A stretch of DNA of 64,000 nucleotides from an uncultured Candidatus Binatia bacterium. GTDB taxonomy: Bacteria; Desulfobacterota; Binatia; UBA9968; CAXXLF01. The notes under the pieces were generated by a model that did not search any database, had not been told where the DNA came from, and was given only the letters and a program-made list of their open reading frames with translations. Both the position numbers and the translations under genes were made by a program. The stretch is from assembly GCA_965218425.1 (NCBI GenBank), contig OZ244621.1, positions 4,186,613 through 4,250,612 on the forward strand. The letters run 5' to 3'. Within the stretch, counting starts at the first letter, position 1; the number at the start of each line of letters is the position of its first letter. Shown here in pieces: positions 35,655-45,650 of this stretch.

Positions 35655-36782
35655 TCAGGTACCCTGGTCGGACCCGGCGCACTGATCAACAGAGAGTCCA
35701 TAGAAGCGCGCCGAGTTGGAGAAAAGGATCGCGTTCTTGTCCTCCCTCGTAAGCCCCGGGTACTCCAGGAGCTCCCCGAGTTCGGCCCGGCAGGTCTTCG
35801 CATCCACTTCGTGTGGATAGTCGGAGGAAAAAATAAAAGGCTTATTACCGACCAGACGGATTGCATCACCGATTGTCAACTCGTTCCCTTCGATTCCGAT
35901 GAAGATTCTCCCCTCGTTGATGTGGCGAATAATGTAGTCCCCCATGGTCTCCCCGTCCCGAAGCTTCAAGAAGCGACCGCGCGGATCGAACTGCACGTGA
36001 CTGGCCCAGGACTTGGTGAAGCGCTCCATACATGTTAGCAGCCAGGCGCAACCCGCTTCAAGAAAGCCGATACGCACCCCGGGGAATTTGTCGAAGATGC
36101 CGTTAAAGATGATGCCGGCGAAGTTAACCATTTGACCAAAGGGATGGCCCAACGCGTTCACCGGTGCGTAAGGACTCATGTCATCCATCTGCATGCCTTC
36201 GTGTGAGCCGCCGTGAACGCCCAGCGCGCATCCGAGGCGCTGGGCCTCCTCATATATGGGCCAGAACTGCTCGGAGCCAAGGTGGGACATGTTTGCCCCT
36301 GTGGATGGAAGCATGGCCCCACACATCCCCAGCTCTTGCACGATCCGCCTTAGCTCGTCCACCGCCTTGTGGGGCTCCTGGTAGGGAATAAGTCCCATGG
36401 CGCGAAAACGCTGGCTCTTGGACAAGTAGGTATCGCAGATCCAATCGTTGTACGCATGGGCGAGCTCGATGGCCCAGTCCCGACTCACGATTTTTCCGAA
36501 GCTCAGGCCCGCGCTGGTGTAGAGCACTGTGGATTCGATGCCCACTTCATTGAGAAACACTTCCCAACCTTCACACCCCACATTGGCGAAGGCGCCTCGG
36601 GGAGTGAAGTGACGGTTTGCCGAGTGCAGGTGGTCCACAGGCGGAAAAGGGTTACGGCCCCTCATGTCAGAGAAGCTGCGACCGACATACTCCTGCGGCA
36701 TATACTTCCAGATTGAGACGAGGTCCTCCATCACGTGACCATCGCCGTCGATGATCCTTTGGCTATTATGCGAACTCTTCAT
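35655..36782 (-). CDS. Amidohydrolase-2 family protein
   Basis: RIIDGDGHVMED, GVHGGSHEG, FSSDYPHE. GGGGAGGG RBS. Confidence 0.85.
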   Translation of the reverse strand: MKSSHNSQRIIDGDGHVMEDLVSIWKYMPQEYVGRSFSDMRGRNPFPPVDHLHSANRHFTPRGAFANVGCEGWEVFLNEVGIESTVLYTSAGLSFGKIVSRDWAIELAHAYNDWICDTYLSKSQRFRAMGLIPYQEPHKAVDELRRIVQELGMCGAMLPSTGANMSHLGSEQFWPIYEEAQRLGCALGVHGGSHEGMQMDDMSPYAPVNALGHPFGQMVNFAGIIFNGIFDKFPGVRIGFLEAGCAWLLTCMERFTKSWASHVQFDPRGRFLKLRDGETMGDYIIRHINEGRIFIGIEGNELTIGDAIRLVGNKPFIFSSDYPHEVDAKTCRAELGELLEYPGLTREDKNAILFSNSARFYGLSVDQCAGSDQGT

Positions 36783-36831
36783 TGTTTAATCCCTCCCCAA
36801 GCCATAGGCCATCTTTTAGGCAATCCCACCG

Positions 36832-37926
36832 TCAGCCATTTCCCGGTACCGGCAGCTCGATTCTCATGCCGCGGCCATGCTCTCTTGCTTTCCGGTAAAC
36901 GTGCATCGCTAGGGCGAGGTCAGCGGCTGCTGTGCCGTTGTTGTTCGCGTGGTAGGTTACCTGTTCGTCGTTTGTGCGGCCGGGAAAACTGCCGTTCAGG
37001 ATTTCGCCAAGCTCGTGAATCTTCTCCCAGGTGATGATACGGGCTTGCAGTGGATCCCAAAGACCCGCCTGCTGATCTTGAATCACCGACTCGCGGTTAT
37101 TCGTGACGATGAAGTCCGCCCGGCGAACAGTTTCGTCATCATTCTCACGGCGACCAGCCCCGATCCACCCACCTTTGACCAGCGCTACGTTCGAGCCAAC
37201 CACAGTGGTGATGTGTTGACCGGGTTCGATCCAACTACCGTCGAACACCGCTACGTTGCTGTTGGTTGCGCACACCACGATGTCCACTCCACGCATGACC
37301 TCCCTTGGACTACTCACCGGACTCATCGGCGTCTCGATCAATGGACTCATCCGTTCGCAAAAGGCGCGCCGGTTTTCCGGATTGCGGCTGTAGACTTTCA
37401 CGTGGGTGATGGGCCGGACGGCCTTCAATGCAAGCATCTTGTAAAAGGCCTGACCACCGGCGCCATAAAGCCCCACGGTTTTCGCATCCTGTCTCGCCAT
37501 GTGACGAAAACCAACCCCGCTGGTTGCCCCCGTGCGCAATGCCATGACACTCGGGAATCCCGAGCGCTCATCAAATAGCTCCCCAATGATAATGGCGAGA
37601 AGTTCACTCGTCTGCGAATCCCAAAGATTATAGACGGGATGTTCGCGGTACGGATAGGTCTGGTTACCGGTATCATGAGTCACCGATTCTCCACGGCTCA
37701 ACGACCCGATGACGCCGAGACCGGGAATGCCTCCAGGGAAATTACTGACCCGAACGCCTTCGGGTGAGTGAACCCGTCTCCGCGGTGCATTAACAAGTGG
37801 ATAATCCTGTGCCTCGCGGTAGCCCTGCTCGATCAAGTCAATGGCGTCTTCTACGGTAATCAGCCCTCTGATGTCCTGTGGCCTTAACAGTAGAATCGTT
37901 TTATCAGCTCGAACCGCCGTATTCAT
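36832..37926 (-). CDS. Ornithine cyclodeaminase / mu-crystallin family protein
   Basis: 364 aa. MALRTGATSGVGFRHMARQDAKTVGLYGAGGQAFYKMLA, VDIVVCATNS. Confidence 0.75.
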   Translation of the reverse strand: MNTAVRADKTILLLRPQDIRGLITVEDAIDLIEQGYREAQDYPLVNAPRRRVHSPEGVRVSNFPGGIPGLGVIGSLSRGESVTHDTGNQTYPYREHPVYNLWDSQTSELLAIIIGELFDERSGFPSVMALRTGATSGVGFRHMARQDAKTVGLYGAGGQAFYKMLALKAVRPITHVKVYSRNPENRRAFCERMSPLIETPMSPVSSPREVMRGVDIVVCATNSNVAVFDGSWIEPGQHITTVVGSNVALVKGGWIGAGRRENDDETVRRADFIVTNNRESVIQDQQAGLWDPLQARIITWEKIHELGEILNGSFPGRTNDEQVTYHANNNGTAAADLALAMHVYRKAREHGRGMRIELPVPGNG

Positions 37927-37946
37927 GCGCCAGGCCTTTCTTTATT

Positions 37947-38885
37947 TTAGGAGAGCTTCTTCAACTCATCAACATAGTCTTTAAAACCGGCCTCAATGTC
38001 AAACTCCGGTGTCCAACCCAATACATCCTTGGCTTTCGCGATAACCATAGGCTGTCTGGCTGACCGGGGCGTTTGACCGGGAATCATCTCAACTTCAAGC
38101 TTGGGCAACAGCTTCTGGGCGATGGCCACCAGTTCGTCGAATTTCACTACGACACCTGTGCCGATGTTTAACGTCACGGGAGAGGAAAGATTAACAGTAG
38201 CCGCCTTATCTAAAGCACGACCGAGATCCTTGTAGTAAACATATTCGAAATCCCTGGCCTGTTCCTGTCGCACTTTGACAACGCCGCCATTGATACCTGT
38301 GAGAAGAATATTTTGCAGCATCTCGCCCCCCCCTGAGCCACCCGCAAAATGCCCAACTCCATACACATTGGCAAGACGGAGGATGATGAGCTCGAAGCCG
38401 TACAGCCGCTGATAAGCCTCCACCATGAGTTCCTTGGCAACTTTCGAGTTACCGTATGGCTCTCCCGGACCGCGGGTAAAAGACTCGTCGATGGGAGCCG
38501 GTTCGCCCTTTCGGCGGTCATAGACGCCAAAGGTGCTGATATGCACCAGGCGCTTGACCCCTGTAAGACGCACCGCTTCCGCGACGTTGATGGTTCCCAT
38601 AACGTTGATTTGCATGCCCGTGTAGATGGGCTGAGCGACCTTGCCGCCGATGAGCCCGGCGGTGTGAATGACCTTGTCAACTCTGTTTGCCTGAATCGTC
38701 TCGATCAAAGCGGGCAGGTCTCTGACGTCCCGCTGCACCACCGTGACGTTCGCCGATCCCAGTTTCTTTGCAAGAAAATCTTTCCGTGGCGCCACGTCAT
38801 AGAAAACGATCTTCTCCCCCCGTTTGAGCGCCAGTTGCGCATAGGATGTCCCCACTAAACCCAACCCGGTGATGAGCGTTGCCAT
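37947..38885 (-). CDS. NAD-dependent epimerase/dehydratase-family (extended SDR) protein
   Basis: ATG 38885 (AAGGAG 5 nt upstream). ITGLGLVGTSYA Rossmann variant, YGNSKVAKE (YxxxK). Confidence 0.8.
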   Translation of the reverse strand: MATLITGLGLVGTSYAQLALKRGEKIVFYDVAPRKDFLAKKLGSANVTVVQRDVRDLPALIETIQANRVDKVIHTAGLIGGKVAQPIYTGMQINVMGTINVAEAVRLTGVKRLVHISTFGVYDRRKGEPAPIDESFTRGPGEPYGNSKVAKELMVEAYQRLYGFELIILRLANVYGVGHFAGGSGGGEMLQNILLTGINGGVVKVRQEQARDFEYVYYKDLGRALDKAATVNLSSPVTLNIGTGVVVKFDELVAIAQKLLPKLEVEMIPGQTPRSARQPMVIAKAKDVLGWTPEFDIEAGFKDYVDELKKLS

Positions 38886-39191
38886 TTTCACTCCTTTCTA
38901 TTAGTCCCTTGGAAATCATTAAGAACCCGCTATTGAGGAGCGGCCATCAGGAATCGATTCAATCCTGGCACAGCCACCAGCCGCGAACCTTTGGATGTCT
39001 TCACCTTATTTCTGAGGGGAACAATATCCGATCAGGGCCTATAAATTCAATTCTTTTCCCTTGCTGCAAGCTACGCTTGACACCCCATTTACATGTGATA
39101 TGGCTGCTTTCCAACGACGCTTTTCATCGTTGGTTTCATGGTGAGCCTGCCCAGGCTTGTTCATTGATGATCGTAAAGGAGGTTAGTCACC

Positions 39192-40407
39192 ATGCTCGAA
39201 AGAAAAGGATTAGATAAGGCAACGCAACTTAGAGGGCGGCTGACACCCTTGGACCTGTTGACCTTTTTGTTAGCAGGCTTGTCGTTACTGGCATTACCAG
39301 GTTTGTCTGGAGGCGCATCATGGGACGAGACCGTCGCAGCGGCCAAGAAGGATAACAAGCTAATCGTCGTGTTGGGTGGCGGCGCATCGCGGAAATACCG
39401 GCCAGTCTTCCAGCACTTTGAAGACAAGTTTGGAATACAAACCGTGGTCTCCACAGGAAGTGGGCGCAAACAAGCGGACCGGCTTCTGGCAGAGCGCGGA
39501 GCCCGGAGATACAAGGTGGACCTCATCATGACCGGGGGCACCACTGGGAACACGAGGCTCTTACCCAACGGCGTCATCGACCCCATCACTCCCGAGTTGT
39601 TCCTCCCGGAGGTCGTGGATAAATCCCTATGGTACAAAGGCAGGCACTACTACAGCGACCCCAAGGAGAATTACATCTTCGCCTTCTCGGCCACCGCCGA
39701 CTTGACACCTATCGCTATGCGCTTCAACACGGACAGATTGCCCATCAAAAAGGCCAAGCGGATCGACTCCGTATGGACGTTTCTGGACAGGAAGCGTTTT
39801 GGCGGGCGGATCGTCGCCCTGCCGCCGACCATCGCAGGTGCCGGTGGGACTTACCTTCACCGCTCAGGTCCATCCGGACCTTGGGGTGGAGTTTTTACGG
39901 CGTTTCTTTGACCCAGAGCTAAAAGTCGATTTTATCCAAAGTTACCGCCAGGTGGCCGACGGCGTTGCCAGAGGTAAATATACCATGGGCTTTTTTATCG
40001 GTTCTGGCGGTCAAGACATTGACAGACTGGGCGATCTAGGGCTGCCGGTGGCCAACTTCGGGGAGATTATAGAAGGGCCACTGAAGGAGCGACCCACTCT
40101 CCAGGGCACCGCGTCGTCCAACAACATCATGGTGGTCAATAGGCGGCCACATCCGAACGCGGCGAGGCTCTTCGTCAACTGGTTCCTCTCGAGAGAGGGA
40201 CAGACCATCATGCATACCAAGAGCGGACGGTCGCCTGCCCCCACCTTTCGCGTGGACGTAAAGGAGCAGGGGAAAGTGCGCACGGCAGACATGCGCAAGC
40301 CGGGAATTGATTATCTAACAATGGCCCATGACCCTGAAATCCAGACGAAGCGGCTTTCAATGCTGAAGCGGGCGGAAAAAATTTACCGGAAGATACGGGG
40401 TAAGTAA
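39192..40407 (+). pseudogene. ABC substrate-binding protein paralog 3 with a +1 frameshift near 39846-39849
   Basis: Frame 1 reads ...GGRIVALPPTIAGAGG, then nonsense to a stop at 39911. The next frame reads GLTFTAQVHPDLGVEFLRRFF...NRRPHPNAARLFVNWFLSREGQ... to 40407. Together they are collinear with paralog 17032-18159 (GKIAMLEPTFAPAGPSVSHIYYDPTLGPKYLRRLL). Confidence 0.75.
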
Positions 40408-40484
40408 CGGCGCAGTCTTCTTCGCCGCGCACACTATGAATCCAACGTAGATTGAAGACTTGCTCCCCTTCCAAACGCGCTGCG

Positions 40485-41444
40485 TCACGCGAACCCAGGT
40501 ACGACCTCGGTGGCGAAGCGCTCCATCATACCACGGTCGAAGGGTCGTGGTGTCATCAGGATGAAGTGGTTGATGCCCGCATCCGTCCATCGGTCCAGCT
40601 GATCTTGCACCTCCGCGACGCTTCCCAGGAGCATGCTGTCGCGGGTCTGGGTCTGCGGGTCGTGGTAGCGCTTAGAGGGCCGGCGAGCAAGCAATGCCCC
40701 TCGGGCCACCGTCCGGTCCACCTCTTCCTCGCTGTCGCTGAGTTTGATCTGTAGTTGCACCGAACGGCGCATCCGGCCGAAGTCGCGGCCCATCTCTTCG
40801 CAGACGGCCTCCATCTTGGCCAGGTTCGCCTTCACTTCCTCCAGAGGTGCGATCTGGTTGTAGTCAGTGGCGTGCTTGGCCGCCACTCGCATGGTGCGCT
40901 CGCCAGTGCCGCCGACGATGATGGGGGGATGAGGCTGCTGGAGCGGTTTGGGCATCATCGGTGCGTCGTGAAGTGAGTAGTACTTGCCACGGAAGTTGGC
41001 CGGCTCCTCGGTCCACAGTGCCCGGATGACGGAAAGCCCCTCGTCCAGCCTCTCCACTCGCTCCTGAAACGGTCGCCACTCGATACCGTGAACTTCGAAC
41101 TCCTGCGGCATGTTGCCAGAACCGATCCCCAACTCCGCTCGGCCGCCCGAGGCATGGTCAATGGTATTGATCATTTTTGCGGTGATGACCGGGTGACGAA
41201 AATTATTGTTCATCACCAGCATTCCCAGTCGCAGGCTTTTCGTATGACCTGACATGGCGGCAATCACCGTGAGTCCTTCGAGCCGTTCCGGCGACGGCCC
41301 CCTACCCCGGCGGATCTGCATGAGATGGTCCGAGGGGTAAAAACCGTGATAGCCCATCTCGTCGCAGGCCCTGCAGACCACAAGGAAGTCCTGCCAACCG
41401 AGACCAGAGCTCCCACCTATGCTGAACAACGCTCTTCCTGCCAT
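40485..41444 (-). CDS. LLM-class (luciferase-like) flavin/F420-dependent oxidoreductase
   Basis: 319 aa. GYHGFYPSDHL, LGMLVMNNNFRHP, GRAELGIGSG, PHPPIIVGGTGERT. Confidence 0.8.
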   Translation of the reverse strand: MAGRALFSIGGSSGLGWQDFLVVCRACDEMGYHGFYPSDHLMQIRRGRGPSPERLEGLTVIAAMSGHTKSLRLGMLVMNNNFRHPVITAKMINTIDHASGGRAELGIGSGNMPQEFEVHGIEWRPFQERVERLDEGLSVIRALWTEEPANFRGKYYSLHDAPMMPKPLQQPHPPIIVGGTGERTMRVAAKHATDYNQIAPLEEVKANLAKMEAVCEEMGRDFGRMRRSVQLQIKLSDSEEEVDRTVARGALLARRPSKRYHDPQTQTRDSMLLGSVAEVQDQLDRWTDAGINHFILMTPRPFDRGMMERFATEVVPGFA

Positions 41445-41563
41445 GGCACCATCCGGGATGGAGAAGAGTTTTTGCGACCGTCAGACAAAGCGAACTGGCT
41501 CCGTACACCCGATTTTAAGTAGAGAGAAAGTCCTTGACAGTCTGTATGCTAGCCCACAATTAA

Positions 41564-41604
41564 TGTCAACGACTATTGACAGGTCAAACGTCAAAGGATA
41601 TAAG
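41564..41604 (+). promoter_or_regulatory. Candidate promoter TTGACA-17 nt-TATAAG with overlapping TGTCAA-N6-TTGACA palindrome
   Basis: -35 at 41576-41581 and -10 at 41599-41604, about 40 nt before tctC ATG 41643. TGTCAA at 41564-41569 is the inverted partner of the -35. Confidence 0.55.
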
Positions 41605-41642
41605 GCTGGCTGAGAAAAAATTTCACCCACGGGAGGTTCATA

Positions 41643-42647
41643 ATGCGAAACTACCCACGAAGCCTTTTAATGTCATCTTTCGCGTTCTTCTTCACGATGG
41701 CGTTTATGTCCACTGGTAAAGCGGTGCAAGGAAGTGATGTTGCCGATTTTTACAAAAACAATCGACTCAAGATCGTAGTCCAGTATGGACCCGGAGGCGG
41801 TACGGACCTCCACGCCCGCTGGCTTGCGCGGAACTTACCCCGGCTTACCGGAGGCAAGGCAATCGTTCAGAACCAACCCGGCGCCGGCGGAATTATCGCT
41901 TACAACAAGCTCTACAAGTCAAAACCGGACGGCCTGACCATCATAACATCCCATACGAAGCTTGTGGCCTTCGATATCTTCAAGCGAAAAGGCGTTCGCT
42001 ACAAGTTCCAGGAATTTCCTATCATTGGCCGGACCCAGACACCCGAAATCGTTTTTTTTGTTCGTAAAGACCTGCCCTCGGATCTGAAGGAGTTGCGGAA
42101 AATGAAACGGCTCCGGATTGGAGAGAGTTCACCTTTCTTCGGCGGGTTGTTGGCGGAGGCCCTGGGCCTTCCCAATGTCACCCTCGTGCCCGGTTATCAG
42201 GGAATCGCAGCGAGGATGGCGGCCATGCAACGAGGAGAGCTGGACGGCGCACCAGGTGGAGTAACAAGCGTCTTCAAGCATCGCAATGTAGCGAAACCCA
42301 TCGCATCGGCCTTTCACGACAAGCGGATACCTCAGGTGCCTGACGTGGGAAAACTGGGTCGTGACCCGGGGAAAAGCTACACCACTGCATTCGCGGGGCT
42401 CATGTGGACCATTATTACTACGCCTGGCGTCCCGAAGGAAAGGACTGAGTTTCTCGAGAACACCCTGCAGAAACTAACCCAAGACAAGCAAGCTCTGGCA
42501 GAAGCAAAAAAAATCAACCTCTCCATTAAGTGGGCAGGCTCCACCGAGCTGAGGAAGATGAGAAAAGTCTTCACGGATCTGAGTCCCAAAGAACGCGAAG
42601 AACTCAGACATATCACTGAGAAAAAGTACGTCGGTGCAATCAACTAG
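41643..42647 (+). CDS. tctC: TctC/Bug-family periplasmic substrate-binding protein
   Basis: Signal peptide. FYKNNRLKIVVQYGPGGGTDLHARWLARNL...VQNQPGAGGIIAYN is the canonical Bug signature. Confidence 0.85.
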   Translation: MRNYPRSLLMSSFAFFFTMAFMSTGKAVQGSDVADFYKNNRLKIVVQYGPGGGTDLHARWLARNLPRLTGGKAIVQNQPGAGGIIAYNKLYKSKPDGLTIITSHTKLVAFDIFKRKGVRYKFQEFPIIGRTQTPEIVFFVRKDLPSDLKELRKMKRLRIGESSPFFGGLLAEALGLPNVTLVPGYQGIAARMAAMQRGELDGAPGGVTSVFKHRNVAKPIASAFHDKRIPQVPDVGKLGRDPGKSYTTAFAGLMWTIITTPGVPKERTEFLENTLQKLTQDKQALAEAKKINLSIKWAGSTELRKMRKVFTDLSPKEREELRHITEKKYVGAIN

Positions 42648-42755
42648 GACATTGTGCAACGGGAGGCCCGCGTGCTGCATCCCCGGGTCCCCCCTGCATT
42701 TGACCATTATCAGAAGAGAAAACTTCCCCGATTACCAATGTAAGATTGCCAGCAT

Positions 42756-43265
42756 CTAGTCTGAAAACGGTAGGTAACCTTCCAGTAAACCTCTGTGCCA
42801 GGGGACATTCATCAGGTGGTCGAATACTCCCAATATCAGCGCCAGCACCAGGCTCACGGCGAGCAAGGTAACGTACCAACTCGCCCGGCTGTAAAACTGC
42901 AAATAAACCGCCAAAAAAACGGGAATCGCCACCCTGAATCCAACCAGCAGGATCAGAGCAAATAGGCCCAGAGCGCTACCAAAAAAGCCACCCGCACGCC
43001 GGGCAACGTCCGCCGCAGCAACCGAGGTATCCACGGAAATGTCGAGGATTTCCTCGCGCGGAGAAGACGCAGCTGCAGGCTGCCACAGCAGTTTGAATGT
43101 ATCTTTACCCAACTGCACCATTGCGACTATCAAAACGGGAACGCCGATAGTCATGGGAAACAACTTGGTTTCAAAGGGCCACCCAACGGCGGTAAAAACG
43201 CCCCATGCCAGGGTTGCTACCAGCAAAAAATCGAACAGAACATGGGAGGCTCGGGCTAGTGTCAT
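42756..43265 (-). CDS. tctB: TctB-family small membrane subunit
   Basis: Start at ATG 43265 overlapping the tctA stop (ATGA). MTLARASHVLFDFLLVATLAWGVFTAVGWPF. The longer ORF to 43682 overlaps tctA out of frame. Confidence 0.7.
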   Translation of the reverse strand: MTLARASHVLFDFLLVATLAWGVFTAVGWPFETKLFPMTIGVPVLIVAMVQLGKDTFKLLWQPAAASSPREEILDISVDTSVAAADVARRAGGFFGSALGLFALILLVGFRVAIPVFLAVYLQFYSRASWYVTLLAVSLVLALILGVFDHLMNVPWHRGLLEGYLPFSD

Positions 43266-44755
43266 GGATCGTCCTTCTGGCCCCCTGTGGTCTGGCTCAT
43301 GTACTGCTTGATAGACGGATACACCAGAGTCAGAACGATGAGGATAAAGAGAACAATCACCGCAGGCCGCATCAGCCAGCTCCATCCATAGGTAAGTATA
43401 GAAATGTAGAGGTACTTTTCCACTGTACCGCCCAGGACAAATCCGATGATCATCGGCGGGCGAGGCCAGCCAAAGCGCTTCATGGACCATCCGAACAGCC
43501 CAAAGCAAAGCAAGACAACCATGTCGCCCACGTGACGCCGTGCCAGGAAGGCGCCCAGGAACATGATCACCAGGAGAATCGGTGCCAGCACCTGCCCACG
43601 GATCGTTGCGATACGGGCAAGCTGATTGGCCAAAAGAAAACAGAGTCCGGTTCCAACAATATTGGCTATGGCCAGGCTCCATCCAATGGTAAAGGTCACA
43701 TCCAGATGCTTCGTGAGCATGTCTGGCCCGGGCTCGAGCCCCTGAATGGTCATGGCGCCGAGGAAAAGAGCCATGGTGGTGCTGCCAGGGATTCCAAAGG
43801 CGAGGGTTGGAATCAATCCACCGCCCTCCTTCGCATTGTTCGCGCTTTCGGGTGCGATCACTCCACGGACATCACCCTTGCCAAAATTTTCCGTATTCCT
43901 CTCCGTGTGCACAGCATGGCCGTAGGCAAACCAATCAACCACAAGACTCCCCAGTCCCGGTATGGTTCCAATCCACACCCCGAGAGCGCTGGAGCGCAAG
44001 ACTAGCCACCAGTTGCGAAAAGCGTCCTGGAAACCTTCAAAGCGTCCTTTTAGTTTTTCAGTCGTGCCGCGGGCGATGCTGGTACCGCTAACCACCAGAT
44101 CGGCCATCTCCGCCATGCCGAACAATCCTAACGCCACAGGCACCACATGCAATCCATCCCACAGATAGATCAGGTCGAAAGTCCACCGATCCACGCCCGC
44201 CAGCGGATCCAAGCCCACCATGGCCAAAAGAAAACCCAAACCTCCCGCAACTATTCCCTTGAGGGGAGCAGAGCCGCTGAGACTAACCACCAACGACACG
44301 CCCAACAGTGCCATCATGAAAAACTCGGGGGAACCGAATAGAAGAACCAGAGGGCCCAGGACAGGGATGGAAAGAGTCAACACTATCGCGCCAAATAAAC
44401 CGCCTATGGCGGAGACCGTAAATGCCGCTCCCAGCGCTCGTCCGGCTTCTCCTTTCTTGGCCATGGCGTGGCCGTCGATAATCGTCGCCTGGGATCCCAC
44501 TGTACCGGGAAGCGCGAATAGCACCGAAGGGATGGTATCCGAAGTGGTGGTGACCGCCAGCATTCCGATCATAAAGGCAAACGCCGAAAAGGCACTCATA
44601 TCAAAGGTAAAAGGAAGCATAAGCGCCAGTCCCACCACGCCACCGATACCGGGGATTACCCCCAGGGAAAGGCCAAGCACAACTCCGGCCGTAAGCATAA
44701 AGAGATGCCAGGGGGAAAGGATGTTGATCAACGCCTGCACTAATGCTTCAAACAT
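43262..44755 (-). CDS. tctA: TctA-family large permease (intact)
   Basis: 497 aa. MFEALVQALINILSPWHLFMLTAGVVLGLSLGVIPGIGGVVGLALMLPFTF..., multiple TM segments. Confidence 0.9.
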   Translation of the reverse strand: MFEALVQALINILSPWHLFMLTAGVVLGLSLGVIPGIGGVVGLALMLPFTFDMSAFSAFAFMIGMLAVTTTSDTIPSVLFALPGTVGSQATIIDGHAMAKKGEAGRALGAAFTVSAIGGLFGAIVLTLSIPVLGPLVLLFGSPEFFMMALLGVSLVVSLSGSAPLKGIVAGGLGFLLAMVGLDPLAGVDRWTFDLIYLWDGLHVVPVALGLFGMAEMADLVVSGTSIARGTTEKLKGRFEGFQDAFRNWWLVLRSSALGVWIGTIPGLGSLVVDWFAYGHAVHTERNTENFGKGDVRGVIAPESANNAKEGGGLIPTLAFGIPGSTTMALFLGAMTIQGLEPGPDMLTKHLDVTFTIGWSLAIANIVGTGLCFLLANQLARIATIRGQVLAPILLVIMFLGAFLARRHVGDMVVLLCFGLFGWSMKRFGWPRPPMIIGFVLGGTVEKYLYISILTYGWSWLMRPAVIVLFILIVLTLVYPSIKQYMSQTTGGQKDDP

Positions 44756-45031
44756 AGTATTCCATCAGAGGTCATATTGCCTTGCATACGCATCGTCATC
44801 GGATTACATCGACATCTGGATTTGAAACTACGTTGTGGTCCGTGACAATCCGGTACCCGTACACTATTGCATTTTAACTTGTCAAGACAGGGAAACAGGC
44901 CGGTGTGAAATTTGAGTCGCAACAAGGGCGTTGCATCGTGTGGCACGAACAGATATTTTCTTTTGGGTCGCTGGAAGTGGCAATCCGATCACGAATTTTC
45001 CTTCTCTTTTTTCAGTAAGGAGGCAACAACC

Positions 45032-45547
45032 ATGTGGATTCCGTCAATTTTGAACAGGTGGAAGTCGATTGAGGATCGATCTGTAACGGCTAGAATACCT
45101 GAGACCCTCGAACTTTATAATGAGATTATTGAACGAAAGAAAAAATCACGCATTATGATTCACAGCAATGAATTAAACTGGAAAGTTGTCGAGGGCGGTG
45201 TTAAGCACGCGAACCTGCTGGACTTCCGGCTAGGGTTCCAGAACACATTGGCCAACCTTGCGATTTCCGAGGTAGCGCCGGGGAACCGGGCAAGCGACGG
45301 CCACAAGCACGGGGAGGCCTATATCTATTGGCTTGAAGGAAAGGGATACAGCATTGTGGGCGAGGAAAAACACAACTGGGGTCCTGGGGACGCCATGTAC
45401 GTTCCTCCCGATACGTTCCACCAGCATTTTGTGACTTCCGACACGCCTGCGAAGTACTTGCGCATCATCCCCTCTCCCCTATTAATGAACCTCTTGGCGG
45501 TAATGGCCTCTCTGGGACCCTATCTTAAGCCGGAGGCACAGAAATGA
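45032..45547 (+). CDS. Cupin-domain protein (metal-binding HxH...E motif)
   Basis: AAGGAGG lies 8 nt before ATG 45032. GHKHGEAYIYWLEGKG ... GDAMYVPPDTFHQH. Confidence 0.75.
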   Translation: MWIPSILNRWKSIEDRSVTARIPETLELYNEIIERKKKSRIMIHSNELNWKVVEGGVKHANLLDFRLGFQNTLANLAISEVAPGNRASDGHKHGEAYIYWLEGKGYSIVGEEKHNWGPGDAMYVPPDTFHQHFVTSDTPAKYLRIIPSPLLMNLLAVMASLGPYLKPEAQK

Positions 45548-45650
45548 CAGGTCTCCGCGGGATTTAGCAGAGACAGATAGGAACGCTACGGCTGACCTCA
45601 AAACTCATGGGGGGTCAGGTTGAAGCGACCCGGGTTTCACGGACAGTTAA

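Noticed and set aside
41521-41540. GAGAGAAAGTCC resembling the RNase P RNA P4 motif
   Set aside because: The match is only partial (the following CGGGC is missing) and no surrounding conserved helices are present. The site belongs to the tctC promoter region.
43205-44005. 266-aa + strand ORF (also 44220-44825 and 42756-43682 N-terminal extension)
   Set aside because: These are antisense or out-of-frame shadows of tctA. The true tctB start is ATG 43265, overlapping the tctA stop.
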